In this document: positions 1-12,800 of the stretch, piece after piece
How the letters are laid out: each line of letters opens with the position of its first letter
How positions within the stretch are numbered: the first letter of the stretch is position 1
NCBI GenBank assembly: GCA_028023455.1
Contig: JAQFVV010000004.1
Location: 16,058,001-16,122,000 of the forward strand
Direction of reading: 5' to 3'
Length of the DNA: 64,000 nt
Source of the DNA: Epiperipatus broadwayi
Taxonomy: Eukaryota; Animalia; Onychophora
Notes under the pieces: model-generated
Seen by the model: only the letters and a program-made list of their open reading frames with translations
What the model was told of the DNA's origin: nothing
Databases searched by the model: none
Program-made: the position numbers and the translations under genes

Positions 1-1169
1 TAAAAAAGAAAAGTAAAAGATTGTTTCTTACAATGGGTGGACTGAAGTTTTTTTTTTTTTTTATGTCCTACAAAATGCAAATGAAAGCATAGCTATGATT
101 TATATGAAAATGTTGATATCCGGCAGCTTGCAACTTATTACTTTTGTAGGATTTTGCATTTTTCTCAGGATAACATGCTACATGCATAATCTTCTCATAG
201 ATAGTTAGTTATTCCAGTGTATGACCATATTTTGAAAGGTGTGGATGACTGCATTTTCCTCAGTAGTGGACAGTTTTCAAATTTTAATCATTTTGTTGGG
301 AAAAAAGTTGTTCAAAAAATTCATTCAGCAGAAATTAAAGCACAGTAAATTACACGTACATCTTATTTTTGCCAGATAATCGATTAATCAGCGCAGCATT
401 TTTCATGATATCATAGCATACTTTAAATTGTAAAATTAGTAGTGAAATCAACATTTTGACTAACAACTTTCTCCTGATCGGAATATTATCTAATAATTAG
501 TTTATTTCTTTTTTAGAAGTTTGTGAATATGTTTAATTTGATCTTTATATACACATTTGTTTGTGTTGACAATTTCATCACTGGACTAATACAAAAGTAT
601 ACCATTAGAACTTATATAATGAGTAAATAAAACAACTTTGATTAAATTCTTAAAAATCAAAAGAGATAAGTTAACATAATTCCATGTCAAAATAATCTAA
701 AACTAATTAATAACAATTAAAAAGTAGAAGATATTACTTATTAACTGAAAGCTTCTTCAGTTAAAAAATATTAAACAATGCCAGCAGAATCTGAGTGGCT
801 CAATCAATTAAAACAGGAATTCTAATAATTAATTAGAAGCGAACAATTAGTCTAAGAGAAGAAACCAACATGCATGCAGATGAACTTGCAACATACACAG
901 TGCTGGACATGATTGTGTGTTGGTTTAGTTATTTTCTACCATGAAGAGATTTGCCTCCGGATATGCCAAAGTAAATCTAGGGACTTGATAACATCACACT
1001 GGCCTTCATTCACTTTTAATTCTATTTTACCATTTAACATAATAACTGAAATTGAAATCAGACTAAGATTTGAACCTAAGTCAACTTGTTTGAACAATTA
1101 TATAAATGCATCTTTTGTTCAATATCTATATATTTTGTAACCCTCAGTTCTTTATTAATAAAGCCCAAG

Positions 1170-1207
1170 TCTCATTGCTAAGGTAAAAGCCAGAAATCAG
1201 TCTGGGG
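1170..1207 (+). ncRNA. Degenerate minimal type I hammerhead-like motif
   Basis: TCTCA-TTGCTAA-GGT AAAA GCC-A-GAAAT CA GTC-TGGGG. Same layout as the motifs at 4615 and 15219; stem I TCTCA/TGGGG pairs with G-U; core position A6 is changed to C. Confidence 0.45.
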
Positions 1208-2223
1208 TTGAGGATTTAATCACAGATTACCCAAGCTTACATTCCGATGGCATTATGATAGAGAGCTGCTCTTGCTTTATCATATATTAAGGATCTGAAT
1301 AATTAAATGATTTGTTCTTATTAACATTCTTACCCAGAGGGAAAATATGTTTACAGTTAATAAAGAGTTGAAAGTATTAAAATATATGGATATTGATCTG
1401 AAATCAGATCTATATAACTGTTCAAATAAGATGACTTGGATTCAATATCTAAAGCGGATTTGAATTTTAGATTATTGACTTGAATGGTAAAATGGAGTAA
1501 AATATGGTTGCTAAATATATAACTGCATTATTCCAGTTTTGAATCCCAAACTTCATTAATAGTGTCAAAACCAGAATCTAGTTTAGAATAGGAATTACAA
1601 AATGCATTACTTAATCACTGATTACTCATACTTACAGCAGATGAGACTAGAATAGAGAGCCTCTGCTATTTTAAATATTTAAATATAATAAACAAGTAAA
1701 GGGTTAGGTATAATTATTAGAAAATATAATATATCGATTTTCTTATTTTCAAATAAACAATTTCTAATTAAGAAACTTGTAATAAAGATGTTAACTTTTG
1801 TGTCTATAAAAAATTTAACAGAATTTCACTGTTGCTGTCATACTGCCAGCTGGATCATACATTTATTGTGAGACTCCATAGAGTTTTTTGAATTATCAAA
1901 GTTATAGAATAAATAGAAATATATAAATTATCAAAAATACATTTTTAAAAATAAATTTTAAATAAATGTTAAAATCTTAAATGTTATATGTATATAATTG
2001 TTAGAAAAAAAGGTATGAGATACATTAATTAACAATTCTAACATAATTGCAGTCATTATGATGAATAAAAGTGAGAGCAAAATATATAATTTATGTAATG
2101 AATTTGTACTGTGATGAAAGTGTGTTTTACATTAATGTATTGTCATTGCAATTGCTGTTAATTCTATGCTATGCTAAGTGCAAATGTAGTGCCCATTTCT
2201 AACATTTAACCAGAAATTCTAAT

Positions 2224-2690
2224 GTGATGTGATGTGATGCACTGTGACTTCTTAAATGGACTCAGGAATCTCTCAGCAACTATGCCCAGAGAAACCTGTT
2301 GGCCACTTTACCTTCCCTTTCCATTCCCCACCCTTAGTTTCCCCATAATCTGTTCCATCCCATTTACACAACATAATCTTTGTCAACTCCATGGCCTTCA
2401 TATCTAAATCCTTCCTATCTTTTCCCAAACCCAGCATAAAAACCAATAACCCACTTTATGTTCATATTTATTCTTCCATAACTTCATTATTTGTACCCTT
2501 TCTGCTTTCAAGCATTTACATTCAATTAACAGATGCCTAAAATTTTCTATGTCTTCCTTACACAATTTGCAGACTAAATCACCCATATTTTTCCATTTAT
2601 GTGTATATTCCCTTGTTGCTAAAGATCCTGTTTAAGCCTTGAACAATAAACTACTTTCCTTGCTATTATCATAAATTAACTCACACCCAA
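2224..2690 (-). mobile_element. 3' fragment of a non-LTR retrotransposon (C-terminal CCHC zinc knuckle plus short-repeat tail); clade not assigned
   Basis: Minus strand reads ..YDNSKESSLLFKA*TGSLATREY..CKLCKEDIENFRHLLIEC (ORF 2404-2586), followed by a purine-rich 3' region ending in (ATCAC)3 at about 2224-2239. Confidence 0.7.
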
Positions 2691-3532
2691 TGTAAATATC
2701 AGTGCTGCCATAAACAGTTAAATTGTTTTAAAAAAGAATTGCAAAAGTACTATACCTTTCATAAAGGCATTTATAAATACAACAAATAGAGAAAGATATG
2801 GTACAATGGAAGCTTTTTAGAGTAAGAAAATAATATAACAAAGACTTTTTCTCATTAATGTAAGATTTAATCAATAAAACACTACATAAATCCAGTTTAC
2901 CCAATATTTTTAATTATCAAAATCAGTTTTTTTTTCTATTCCAGTTCTGCTTTCCAATGTAAGTTGGATAGAAATTTATTAAGCACTACTATCTGGCATT
3001 TGTTGATTATTTTAGCATATACCAGATGGAAGAATAGGAGAATGAAAAATAGATTTACTATTTAAATTAACATTTATACAACAATTATAAATACATCCAA
3101 TAAACATTAGACTATCTGATTATCAATTTTATTTTCTTATCTATTTCTAGTGGAAAAAAATATACATATATTTTTTTAAAAAGTATTCTCTTAGGTGTGT
3201 ATAATGTAATAAATTTAACTATGAGTCATAAAGCAGAATTTGAAAACTGATTAATAATGATTTCAAAAAGAAATAATTTTGAAACAAACATACAATAAAA
3301 ACAATGAAACTTTGAATGCTAAAAATCAATTAGTATCTTTGGATGAAATAAATATTACAATGAATGTTATAATAAACATATGTGTAAGACTTCTCAGAGC
3401 ATTTCAGCTTTGAGTAAAGCAACAGATTCCTTTATTATTTTTTGTAAGTTTACTAATTTTTAGATTTTCTTCAATTTGTTCATCCTTATTAATTCTGTTT
3501 AATTATTTTTGAACATGTACAAATATTAATGC

Positions 3533-4291
3533 TAATAATCAATAAAGCAAGTCATTACTGTGATGTTGCTTTTATGAGCTTATATTTACAAATATGTAGT
3601 ATAGGGAGTGTACCAATAGCTCAAACAAGCTTTTAATTGATAAGTGCAGTAAGAGAAAAATATTTAAAATCTCTATCTAGAACATTCCCATCCTCAGACC
3701 AATTGTTTTTGAGCTTTCGGCTCACCTCGGCGAGGAGCTAGAATATTCAAACACTAGATCTAAAATATCAACTCAAAATCCAGCACTTATTTAATACGTA
3801 ACATTTAAATAGAAACTCTGAAACTTTAAATATTTTTCTCTTACCACACTTATCAATTAAGAGCTTGTTTGAGCGATTGGCATGCCCCCTATATTACATA
3901 TTTGTAAATACAAGCTCATAAAAGCAATATCCCACAATATATGACTTGTTTTATTGATTATTATAATTTTGCCTTTAAGGTCTTGGTATATCTGAATTTG
4001 GTTCAATCTCATATAGTTATTTAAGTAAGATAGCTGGAGTTAAAGACATTTTCATGTCCGAAAATTTCAGAGTTTCTACTTAAATGTTACACATTAAATA
4101 AGTGCTGGGTTTTGAGTTGATATTTTAGATCTAGTATCGGAATATTCTAGCTCTTCACTGAGGTGAGCCAAAAGCTCGAAACCAATTGGGCTGGGGATGG
4201 AAATTTTCTAGATAAAGATTTTAAATATTTTTCTCTTACCACATTTATCAATTAAGAGCTTGTTTGAGCGATTGGTATGCTCCCTATATTA
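3533..4291. mobile_element. Non-coding PLE/retrozyme-like element: inverted copy followed by a partial tandem with a 395-bp period, HHR-bearing
   Basis: 3533-3668 is the inverse of 3825-3963. About 3598-3823 is the inverse of about 4064-4291. 3825-3895 recurs directly at 4220-4291 (period 395). HHR motifs at 3691-3736 (-) and 4152-4197 (+). Confidence 0.75.
4152..4197 (+). ncRNA. Hammerhead-like motif, U9 variant (sense copy; antisense copy at 3691-3736)
   Basis: TCTTCA CTGAGGT GAGC CAAAA GCTC GAAAC CAATTG GGC TGGGGA. The two-copy consensus gives a perfect stem II GAGC/GCTC, a palindromic stem III ACCAATTGGT, a GTC cleavage triplet and stem I TCCTCA/TGRGGA. Confidence 0.7.
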
Positions 4292-4484
4292 AATATTAAT
4301 ACTAATCATGATCTAGAAAAATAAAGTCAAAAAATTGATTAATATTGAAGTGGAAAAAAAGGGATCATTTTTAAAAGAGAAAGAAATAAAATGATCAATT
4401 TTAATTTCTGAATATAATATTTAAATCAACAGTTTGTACCATTTTAAAACATGACTAATTACAAAGTTCACAAATGGCAAAGAT

Positions 4485-4766
4485 ATTTCCAGATTGAGCT
4501 GTTTATATTGTGACATAAACATCACATGACCACCACTTCTTATGCTTGTGTATAACTGTTGTTAAAACAGGCAAAACTCACTATACGTATTGCCACATAC
4601 AGCAAGCTAGAGGCTCCTCACTGATGAAGGCCACAAGCCAGAAACTAGTCTGGGGATATTGGATGAGTAGGCACTAGATGGGGATTTTATCCACAAGCCT
4701 TCTGGCATTCATTGATTACTCTAGCTTGCTGTGTGTGGTAATACATATAGTGATGTTTGCCTGTTT
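4485..4766 (+). mobile_element. Foldback mini-element (PLE-derived, non-coding) with an HHR in the loop
   Basis: Imperfect 48-bp inverted arms at 4565-4612 and 4719-4766. Homologous to 48522-48785 and to a fragment at about 5080-5200. Confidence 0.7.
4615..4656 (+). ncRNA. Minimal type I hammerhead ribozyme motif
   Basis: TCCTCA CTGATGA A GGC CACAA GCC A GAAAC TA GTC TGGGGA. Canonical CUGAUGA and GAAA core, 6-bp stem I, palindromic ACTAGT stem III. Confidence 0.75.
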
Positions 4767-6097
4767 ATATTGTAACATAATGGAATAAAGAAAAACTCTT
4801 TTACTAGAGTGAATTAATCAAAAGGAAATGATACTTTATAGCATCAATTAGTCAATAATTTATCAAAAGGCCAAGCAATTGAATTGTTTTAATATTTTCC
4901 CAGAAAAATATGGTTCACTGGATTCAGGAAAAAAACTGGATTGCATAATATTATAAGGTATGGTGGGATTACTAGGACAAATAAGATGGCTGCTTTACAT
5001 TAACTCAAGAAATTTAAGAAAAAAATAATTTCCACATGAAAAAAGTAAAAGTCATGACATCATCAGATTAAACCACTAAACACATGATCACTATATCATA
5101 CTAGCACATAATTGTTATTAAACAATTCAAAACAAAGCAAAACTCTCCATATAGTAGTGCCATCTTGTGCTATCAAGAGCAATCAATGGATGCCAGAAGG
5201 CATCAGATTGTAAATATTATTAAGATGTATGTTTTTTTACATTTTTATTTTATACTTTTAAAAGTTGAATTTTAGTTCTCATTACAATCAAAATGTATGG
5301 TAATTAATTTTACATGCATTTTTACATTTATATTTGTTGATTTTATATCATATTTTCTATGCTTAATTAATTGTTTTGCATGCTAACTTTGGTCTAGGCT
5401 TTAGCCTATAACAGATTATCCCTAAATGCACATATTTCTATGTAAGCTACAAGAACAAATGATATAATAAATGACCTTTTGACCAATTAATTTGTTGTAC
5501 CAAACTTCACTGTTTAAGTATTTTAATTTTATTATTCTTTTTTTATAGTGATAAACATAAATTTCATTGATAAATATTTCTTTATAATAGCATTGTATTT
5601 AATACAGTAATACATTTTTTAAATGAATGATTTGTAAATATTCTCTCTTTTATATATTAATATATATGTGTTTATTTCTAATATTTGGTGCAAGTAAATA
5701 AATATTCAAGAATTAATGAAAATTTTATTTAATTCAAGAAAAAATATACTAAGATCAAAATTCATAAAGCAACTTCTTTTTTAATGGAAAGTATTTAACA
5801 GTTTTAATATATGTGCTATCCATCAAAAAAACTCATAGAGTACATTCTAATGGCATAGAAAAGCCGAAGTGATAAGAAATCAGATATACACAATTTGAAA
5901 ATAATTTATTTAGTCAAAAATTACTAACTTTTATAGATAGATTTTTTTAATTAATATATTTACTAAGCAGTTTTTATTATGTTTAAAGAAATAAATATTT
6001 TAAGTAATATAAATTGATTTCTTTTAACACAGTTTTTATTATTAATGTTTGCTTGGTAAAACAAATTATTTTACTGCTTTTATTTAATATAGTTGTG

Positions 6098-6207
6098 TTT
6101 TTTTTCATATGTCATAGCATCGACTGGGAGGCGAACCCACAACCGTCTGCAACCAACTATTTGCTTGCAAGGCGACTGTGTTGACCTCTCAGCTAACAAC
6201 ACTTGAC
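6098..6207 (-). mobile_element. tRNA-Gly-derived minimal SINE, diverged copy with an internal insertion
   Basis: A-box-like TAGCTGAGAGG and B-box-like GGGTTCGCCTCCC. Shares the 5' leader TCAA and the 3' tail TGACATATG+A-run with the copy at 31441-31533. Confidence 0.65.
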
Positions 6208-7590
6208 TATTTAATATAATTATCATATAATAATTGCTTTTTGGAATTTCATGAATATGCACAAAAAATACAAATTTATATTATTTAAAATACTGTAGTT
6301 ATTTTTATTAGCATAACAATGATGAAAAATATAATAAATCTATTAATTAAAAATTATATATGCAGGATTTTGCATTTTTGATGAAAAAAATTCATGTTTC
6401 TTAAAATGCTTATTTTATTAAAGTATTAATAACAACCTATACAGTAAATATATTAATTAAAACTTTATTTGCAAAATTTTGTATTTTCTGATTTAAATAA
6501 ATTATTTTCAAAATCTCTATATTTACAATTTTATTTTTTAATAATTTTAAAGTTCATACATTTTACTTCTTATCAATTAGTTTTTCTTTGGTCATTGATA
6601 GAATACTATGTGATACCATCTGATGAGTAATACATATACTAAAGTAGTATCCAATGAGCAATAATTTAAAATTTGCCTTAATAAATAATCTTTAATAACT
6701 TAGTATTTGATTTTTAACTGATCATATACAAATATTACTTTTTAACATGTACAGTTTATTTTTATCATTAGTATAGAGTGAGTTATTCAAATCTAGCAGA
6801 ATTGTTGATTTAGGAAGACTGGATAAACAATGATGCTAAATTATTTTATCTCTAGTATATTAGATAAAACTCACAATGCACTTATTTGAAAATTATTGGA
6901 AGTTGTGATAGATCAGATATTTTTATGTCATTTCTGGTCTTAGACATTTTATTTTATTTAGTTAATTCTGAAATGCTGATTCACATAATTGTTTTAATAA
7001 ATATGAACAGTCAACTAAAATATTAATGTTGTCACAATAGAATAGGTTTGCTAAAAGGGGTCACTTAAGTTAGTTTTTGCCACAAAAATATATGACAAAT
7101 TCAATATTTAATGATTTTTTTTTTTCAAACATGACAAATATTTTTTTAAATTTATAATTGAACAAAATATATTGCTAATCTTTGTATTATTGAACTATCT
7201 TTTAGTGACAGTTACAATTCTGATAATATAAAATTAATGACTCAGGGATGATTTAATTTACAATAGCTGCAATAATGTATAATGATTGAATTTGAGAAAA
7301 CATGTAATGTTTCAAAAATTGAATATATTTATAATAACTTTTAAAATATTTGTTTAATCAAACAAAAATAAAGATGTAAGATACTTTTTAAAATTAAATT
7401 ACTAACTTGTAACAAAAAGTAAATTTATTTAAAAAGTTATAAATAGTTATTTAGACATTTTAGGAATATATTTTTGTATAAATTTAAAAAAAAAAAACTT
7501 CAACTAATTATTCATTTAGAAGATTATTATTTTTAAATATTTCTATAAGCCCAATATTCTTTATGAAATTCTTAGTTTGTGAAACATTAA

Positions 7591-8173
7591 TGGATGCTAG
7601 TAGAATGCATGTTTTATCCATTGATGGAGCCACCATCTACATACCAATGTTGGAAAGGAAAGACTAATTGATAAGTTCATATTTTTCACAAAAACGAATC
7701 AAAAACAAAAAATATAAAAATAACTTGAAAGTCTGAAAAATATTTATTTAGTGAATAACAGTGTTTGAAAATGAAATGATCAATATAAACTTTCTGGAAG
7801 AAATTAAATTAGCGATAAATTAGCATTGACCATCATCACTAATTTAACTTCTTAGGACATGTTTACATTGATCACATTTATTGAAAATATTTGTGTTTCA
7901 GTCATTGTTTGCTTTTTTAGATTTGTTTTTTTAAATAAATTATAATATTTTAATGTTTTCAAAATATTATGTTCATAGTTTTTTGCTTTGCATTTTTTGA
8001 TGATGTTTGCTGTTATTGGTAATAAAATTTCTTATGAAATGTTTGTTATATTATTTTCATACTTTGGTGTTTTTAATTTTTTTATAAAAATATAAAACAT
8101 TTTTTCATTGCTACATTAGTATGTGGATGGTGGCTTTATCAATGGTTTAGAGCATACACTCTATTAACATCCC
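7591..8173. mobile_element. MITE with ~60-bp imperfect TIRs flanked by TTAA (Kolobok-like termini, tentative)
   Basis: TIRs at about 7593-7651 and 8114-8172 (gatgctagtaga..gccaccatctacatac vs its inverse). TTAA at 7587-7590 and 8174-8177. Right end is CATCCC. Confidence 0.6.
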
Positions 8174-9349
8174 TTAATCTAGCTTGAATTCCAGTCTTAA
8201 TATAATAATTTGATATAGTAGCAGATTCTGAAGCTCATGGTCCTTAGATCACAATATGAATATGGCATTTCATTGCTTGAACATTTTATGAACTTCTGAA
8301 CAATAAACCATATGTTATTTTATTTATCATTTTAGTAAATAGATGACAGCATAGAAATGTGATAATCCATTTTATATTCTTAAAAAAATTTACAATTAGT
8401 TTAATTAGTTGTTTTTTTTTTAAATTATCTTGTTTAACAGTAATGATTCAGAATAACATTTTGTCATTAAATTGTTCAAAGATTAGAATAATAGATTAAA
8501 GCTTGAAAATTTTTTTCTCATAGTGAAAATATTGGCAATCAGAAAGAATATAGTATCATATCTGCTAGGATGTTACTGAAGACTATGTACAGTTTATTAA
8601 AAGATATAAAAATTCAAATTTATTTCTTCAACTGGTTGTAACTCCAATGTTTACCATGGCAGAACATGAATTATATATTCATCACATTTCACTTGGGATA
8701 ATATGTATATTCAAAATCTAATTAAAGTAGATTCTGAATGCCATTTTAGATGATGAATTTTTTTTTATCTTTTATATTTTTTTTCATTTTAAATAAAGTA
8801 TGATTCCACACTTTTAAAATCTAATATAAAAAATTATTTCACATTTTTTCAAAATAAAACTATCACTCAACTTTACTTCCAATTGAATTTTTGATAATTG
8901 TAAGATTTGTCTTGGAATATTGCACAATATTAGATAATATTTTAAATTCGTGTTCTCTCAAAATTTATATACTGTATAAAATGACTTCCAAGCTAAAATA
9001 ATTTTTTGTAAAGTATAAAAAATATTTTAAAAAATGAACATTTCTTTCTCGAACATCTAAAAATTATTTTCTTCCATTTAAACTACATCAGGTATCTTAT
9101 TTTTTATTAAATTAATTAATATAATTTATGTCAATGTACATTTTTATAATTGTAATTTTTATTAACTGTGGAAATGTTTTACCAACAGCTTGCAAAAGTT
9201 TGTGAAAATTTTAAATAGTCTCATGAGAGCCACTAAAGAATTATTTTGGTATGCAACTGTGTGTGTATATATATATTGTACCGGTCAAAACATATTATCC
9301 ATCTAACATGAGCTGGAACTCACAAAATGTACTTCAAACCCAGTCAAGC

Positions 9350-9427
9350 CTGAGATTTAGGTCAGGGACCAGCCTGGATTCGAACCCACTCTCTAAGCCC
9401 CAGATCAAACACCTAATGAATAACATA
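9350..9427 (-). mobile_element. tRNA-related SINE head fragment
   Basis: Minus strand has GGGTTCGAATCCAGG (B-box) with a degenerate A-box upstream. Confidence 0.4.
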
Positions 9428-9789
9428 ATAGTGATGGCACATGAGAATTCATTTTAATCCGGCCAACTAGCAAAGCTGAGCAAAACAATGAGACATCTAT
9501 TACTATGACTAAACTAAATTTATATAAGCATGGCTGTAATATGTGGAAGTGGAGAAAAGAGGAATTCGAACTACTCAAATAAGTTAGACAATAAAAATAT
9601 AGTTTAATATAATGACAACATTATTATACATTGTGACATAATTATATACATTAGTGTGTGCATGAATGAGCAAGCAGTAGATGATAACATAGTGTCATTC
9701 ACGCTATTATTTCTCATATGCTCTTTTATTAATTAGCTAAATAATATATTATAAATAAACACACATCTTTGGTGGGTCCAATATTAAGA

Positions 9790-9870
9790 TGCCAATCAAT
9801 TATTAGAAAGAATCACATAATATTGCTATTAACGCTTTGATTTACGGTTCAGAAACATGGTGACTAACAT
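9790..9870 (+). mobile_element. Small decayed RTE-clade LINE fragment
   Basis: Translates to NALIYGSETW*, matching the VLTYGSETW motif of the RTE element at 62-64 kb. Confidence 0.45.
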
Positions 9871-12800
9871 ATATTTCTAGGAGCATTCCGAAATTCATTA
9901 TACATATGATAAAAGCTATTTTCATGCCATTGAGGTTGTGAAAATAACAAAATACATTTGAAAGATTATATTTGAATCTATGACAAAATATTTAATGAAA
10001 AATTATTTTAACAATAGTAAGATGAACGCTTTTATTTTCCCAAGGCATATACTCTTAAATAGATATATAAATTATGACGGTGAGATTGTATATGATTGAA
10101 ATAAATTTAATCAATAAAACTAGAAGTAGTTTGCATTTATATATATTTTAAACAGAGCACAATTTCAGTATTATTACAGCACCAAAACTAGGTCATAAGC
10201 AAAAATAATAATAATACAAAGTTTGCGCGATACTGACATAATAGCCAACAGAATAACTAAGAGGAGACGGTTGTGCTTCTGGATGAGAACAAAGTCTAAG
10301 CCCTCCTTCTTGGGTAGTGCTTAGAGAAAAGTGGATATGCATGGCGTGGCCCAGACTTTTGCTGGTATAACCGACGCGAGAGGCCTTTTATCTACGAAGT
10401 GAATATGCATAGCATGTGCCAAACTTACAGGATCACTGCCAGAGGCATTTTATATGAAATAAATGTGATTCTGGATAGCTCAACTATCTATGGAATGAGA
10501 TATGAGAAGAAATCTATTGGTTCGAAATTGTCGCAACCCCCAGATTAGAAAACTAGAAGCACGTGATATATCTATATACGAAGACAGCCAAATGTCAGTA
10601 ACACAATAATGATACATGTCACTAATGACATTGAATAAATTTTACTGCTTTAAAATAAATGAACCTTGTTTGAGTACTATAATTTAGACCAATAATACGC
10701 TATGCAGTTATATATATAGAGAGAGAAATTTCATTTATTAAAATATACTTGAAGATTTTTATTTAGCAAAAGAAACATTAAGATTTACCCCTTCCCTTAT
10801 TCTGCTATTTAAAATAAATCAATCCCACCTTCGTTGATTTTATAATAACTGGAATATTTAAATACTGTATTTGAGATTTTAAGAGTATGGAACAATAAAA
10901 TAAAAACTAGCAGTTATATATAGAAAACAATTAATAAGTCACTCTTTCAGAATTAAATATATAATATTTTATAAGATTTCAGAGCATTAATTAGCCAAAG
11001 TTCTGGATTCACCCCGGGTAGAAAATCCAGAATTAAACAAATATATTTTTTTATACTAAAACATAAATAAAATGTTGACTTGAAAAACAATCTGGCGAGC
11101 GTATTAATTAATAATGCGTTATGTTTTAAAAGGGGACATTAATAACTTGCTTCATGAAGGTTTACTTAAAAATGACAGAAAAGATTTTTATAAATTAAGC
11201 TTGCCAGTTTGCTTGAGATTGGCAAATTAATAATACAAGCATACATTTAAAATCAAGTAATAAATAACTATAAATAAATGACCGCACCAAAGTTAAGGAA
11301 AGTTAAGAGCATATGTGAGAGAATTAAATTTAAAGAAATTACTTAAGAGCAAATTACATATTAAAACAAAAACAGTTAAATACATTAGAAGACATATTGA
11401 TAGATGAGTTAGGCTAGATTTAGTTTGAGGTGACAGCTTGAAAAGTTACCTGGCAATTTTAAGAGTCCAATTTAAAATATTGCACGTGCACGGCAATTGA
11501 AATGAAAGTTCTTCAATGGCAACAAGCTTTTATTAGCATTCTAAAATTTTCCAGTCAGGCTCTTACTTCATTACTACGGGTGCTACATATAACGGCAGCA
11601 GAAGATGACCCACAAGGGTCGGGAAAAGCTTTTTACTACATCATTTTTAGATTTCAAAACAGTGTGGTGTCTAGCAGCAATCAGTTCTCTCAACAATAGC
11701 TCATCTAATCTGTGACTCAAAATTCAGCCATTTTATACTTTTTCTTTATTGGTTGTTTTTGAAGATGCAATAGTAAGATAACATCCAAAAATAAATTCAA
11801 ATCTATTTCCAGATTAGAAATAGATTTGACAACATGTTTATTACAAAAGTATCTTTAATCTTAATCCCCTTTTAAGTAAAACTTTAATTAAAAATACCTA
11901 CCCCAAATTAAAACAATAGTGCTTCCAACCCTTTAAATTATTTTTAGACAATCAACTGTAGCATCTTCCATATTGGATTTTACAAAATATACAGTTTAAA
12001 AGAAAAAATACTTTAAAAAGAAAAAGTTTAAAAAATGACATATAATAAAATATTTACAAAAAAATCAATATTTTGTTATTATTTTGCTCCTATATATATA
12101 TATTTGAGCCGCACCTATATATTTTAATAAAAATAATTAATAATCATAAAATTAATAATAATAAAATGTTTAATTTAAAAGTTAAAATTGTATAACCTAG
12201 GCACGCATCTCAAATATATACCTAAAATATATATACATGACAAAAGGAGCGGGATGGGATATAGGGTTTAAACACAGATTAGTAGGTGGAAACATGAAGC
12301 GCAATCTTAAGCTAAGATTGACTGCTTCAATATATATGTTTTAAGTAGTTCAAAATCATTATTTCTAATGATAAATAAGTATAAATCATCAATAGTGAAC
12401 AGAGAAGTAAAACAGTTAAACAAAAATGTTATAGTGATATCAACAAAGAATTACAATAATGCAAAATCCTGTAATCACAATTACAGAATAGCATTATTGA
12501 CCAATAGTATAAATTAAGAAAGATATCTAAGAGAGGTTGATATACTCATATTAATGATTTAAATTTTTTAATTAGTTTTTTTAAAGGAGGCTCAATAAAG
12601 TCAAGAAATTTTTTTTACATTATTCTACTTTGTCCTAAGTTAAATATACTGTTATAGTTTATTATCATATGTGTTTTATGCCTTTCTGAGAAAGATTTCA
12701 AAGAAATATATTGGTTTACTTGATATAGTCAGTAAGTGCTTTTATAATTAGAAAACTTATTCTAATGCAATACATATTTTACAATGCAATAGTGGATAAG

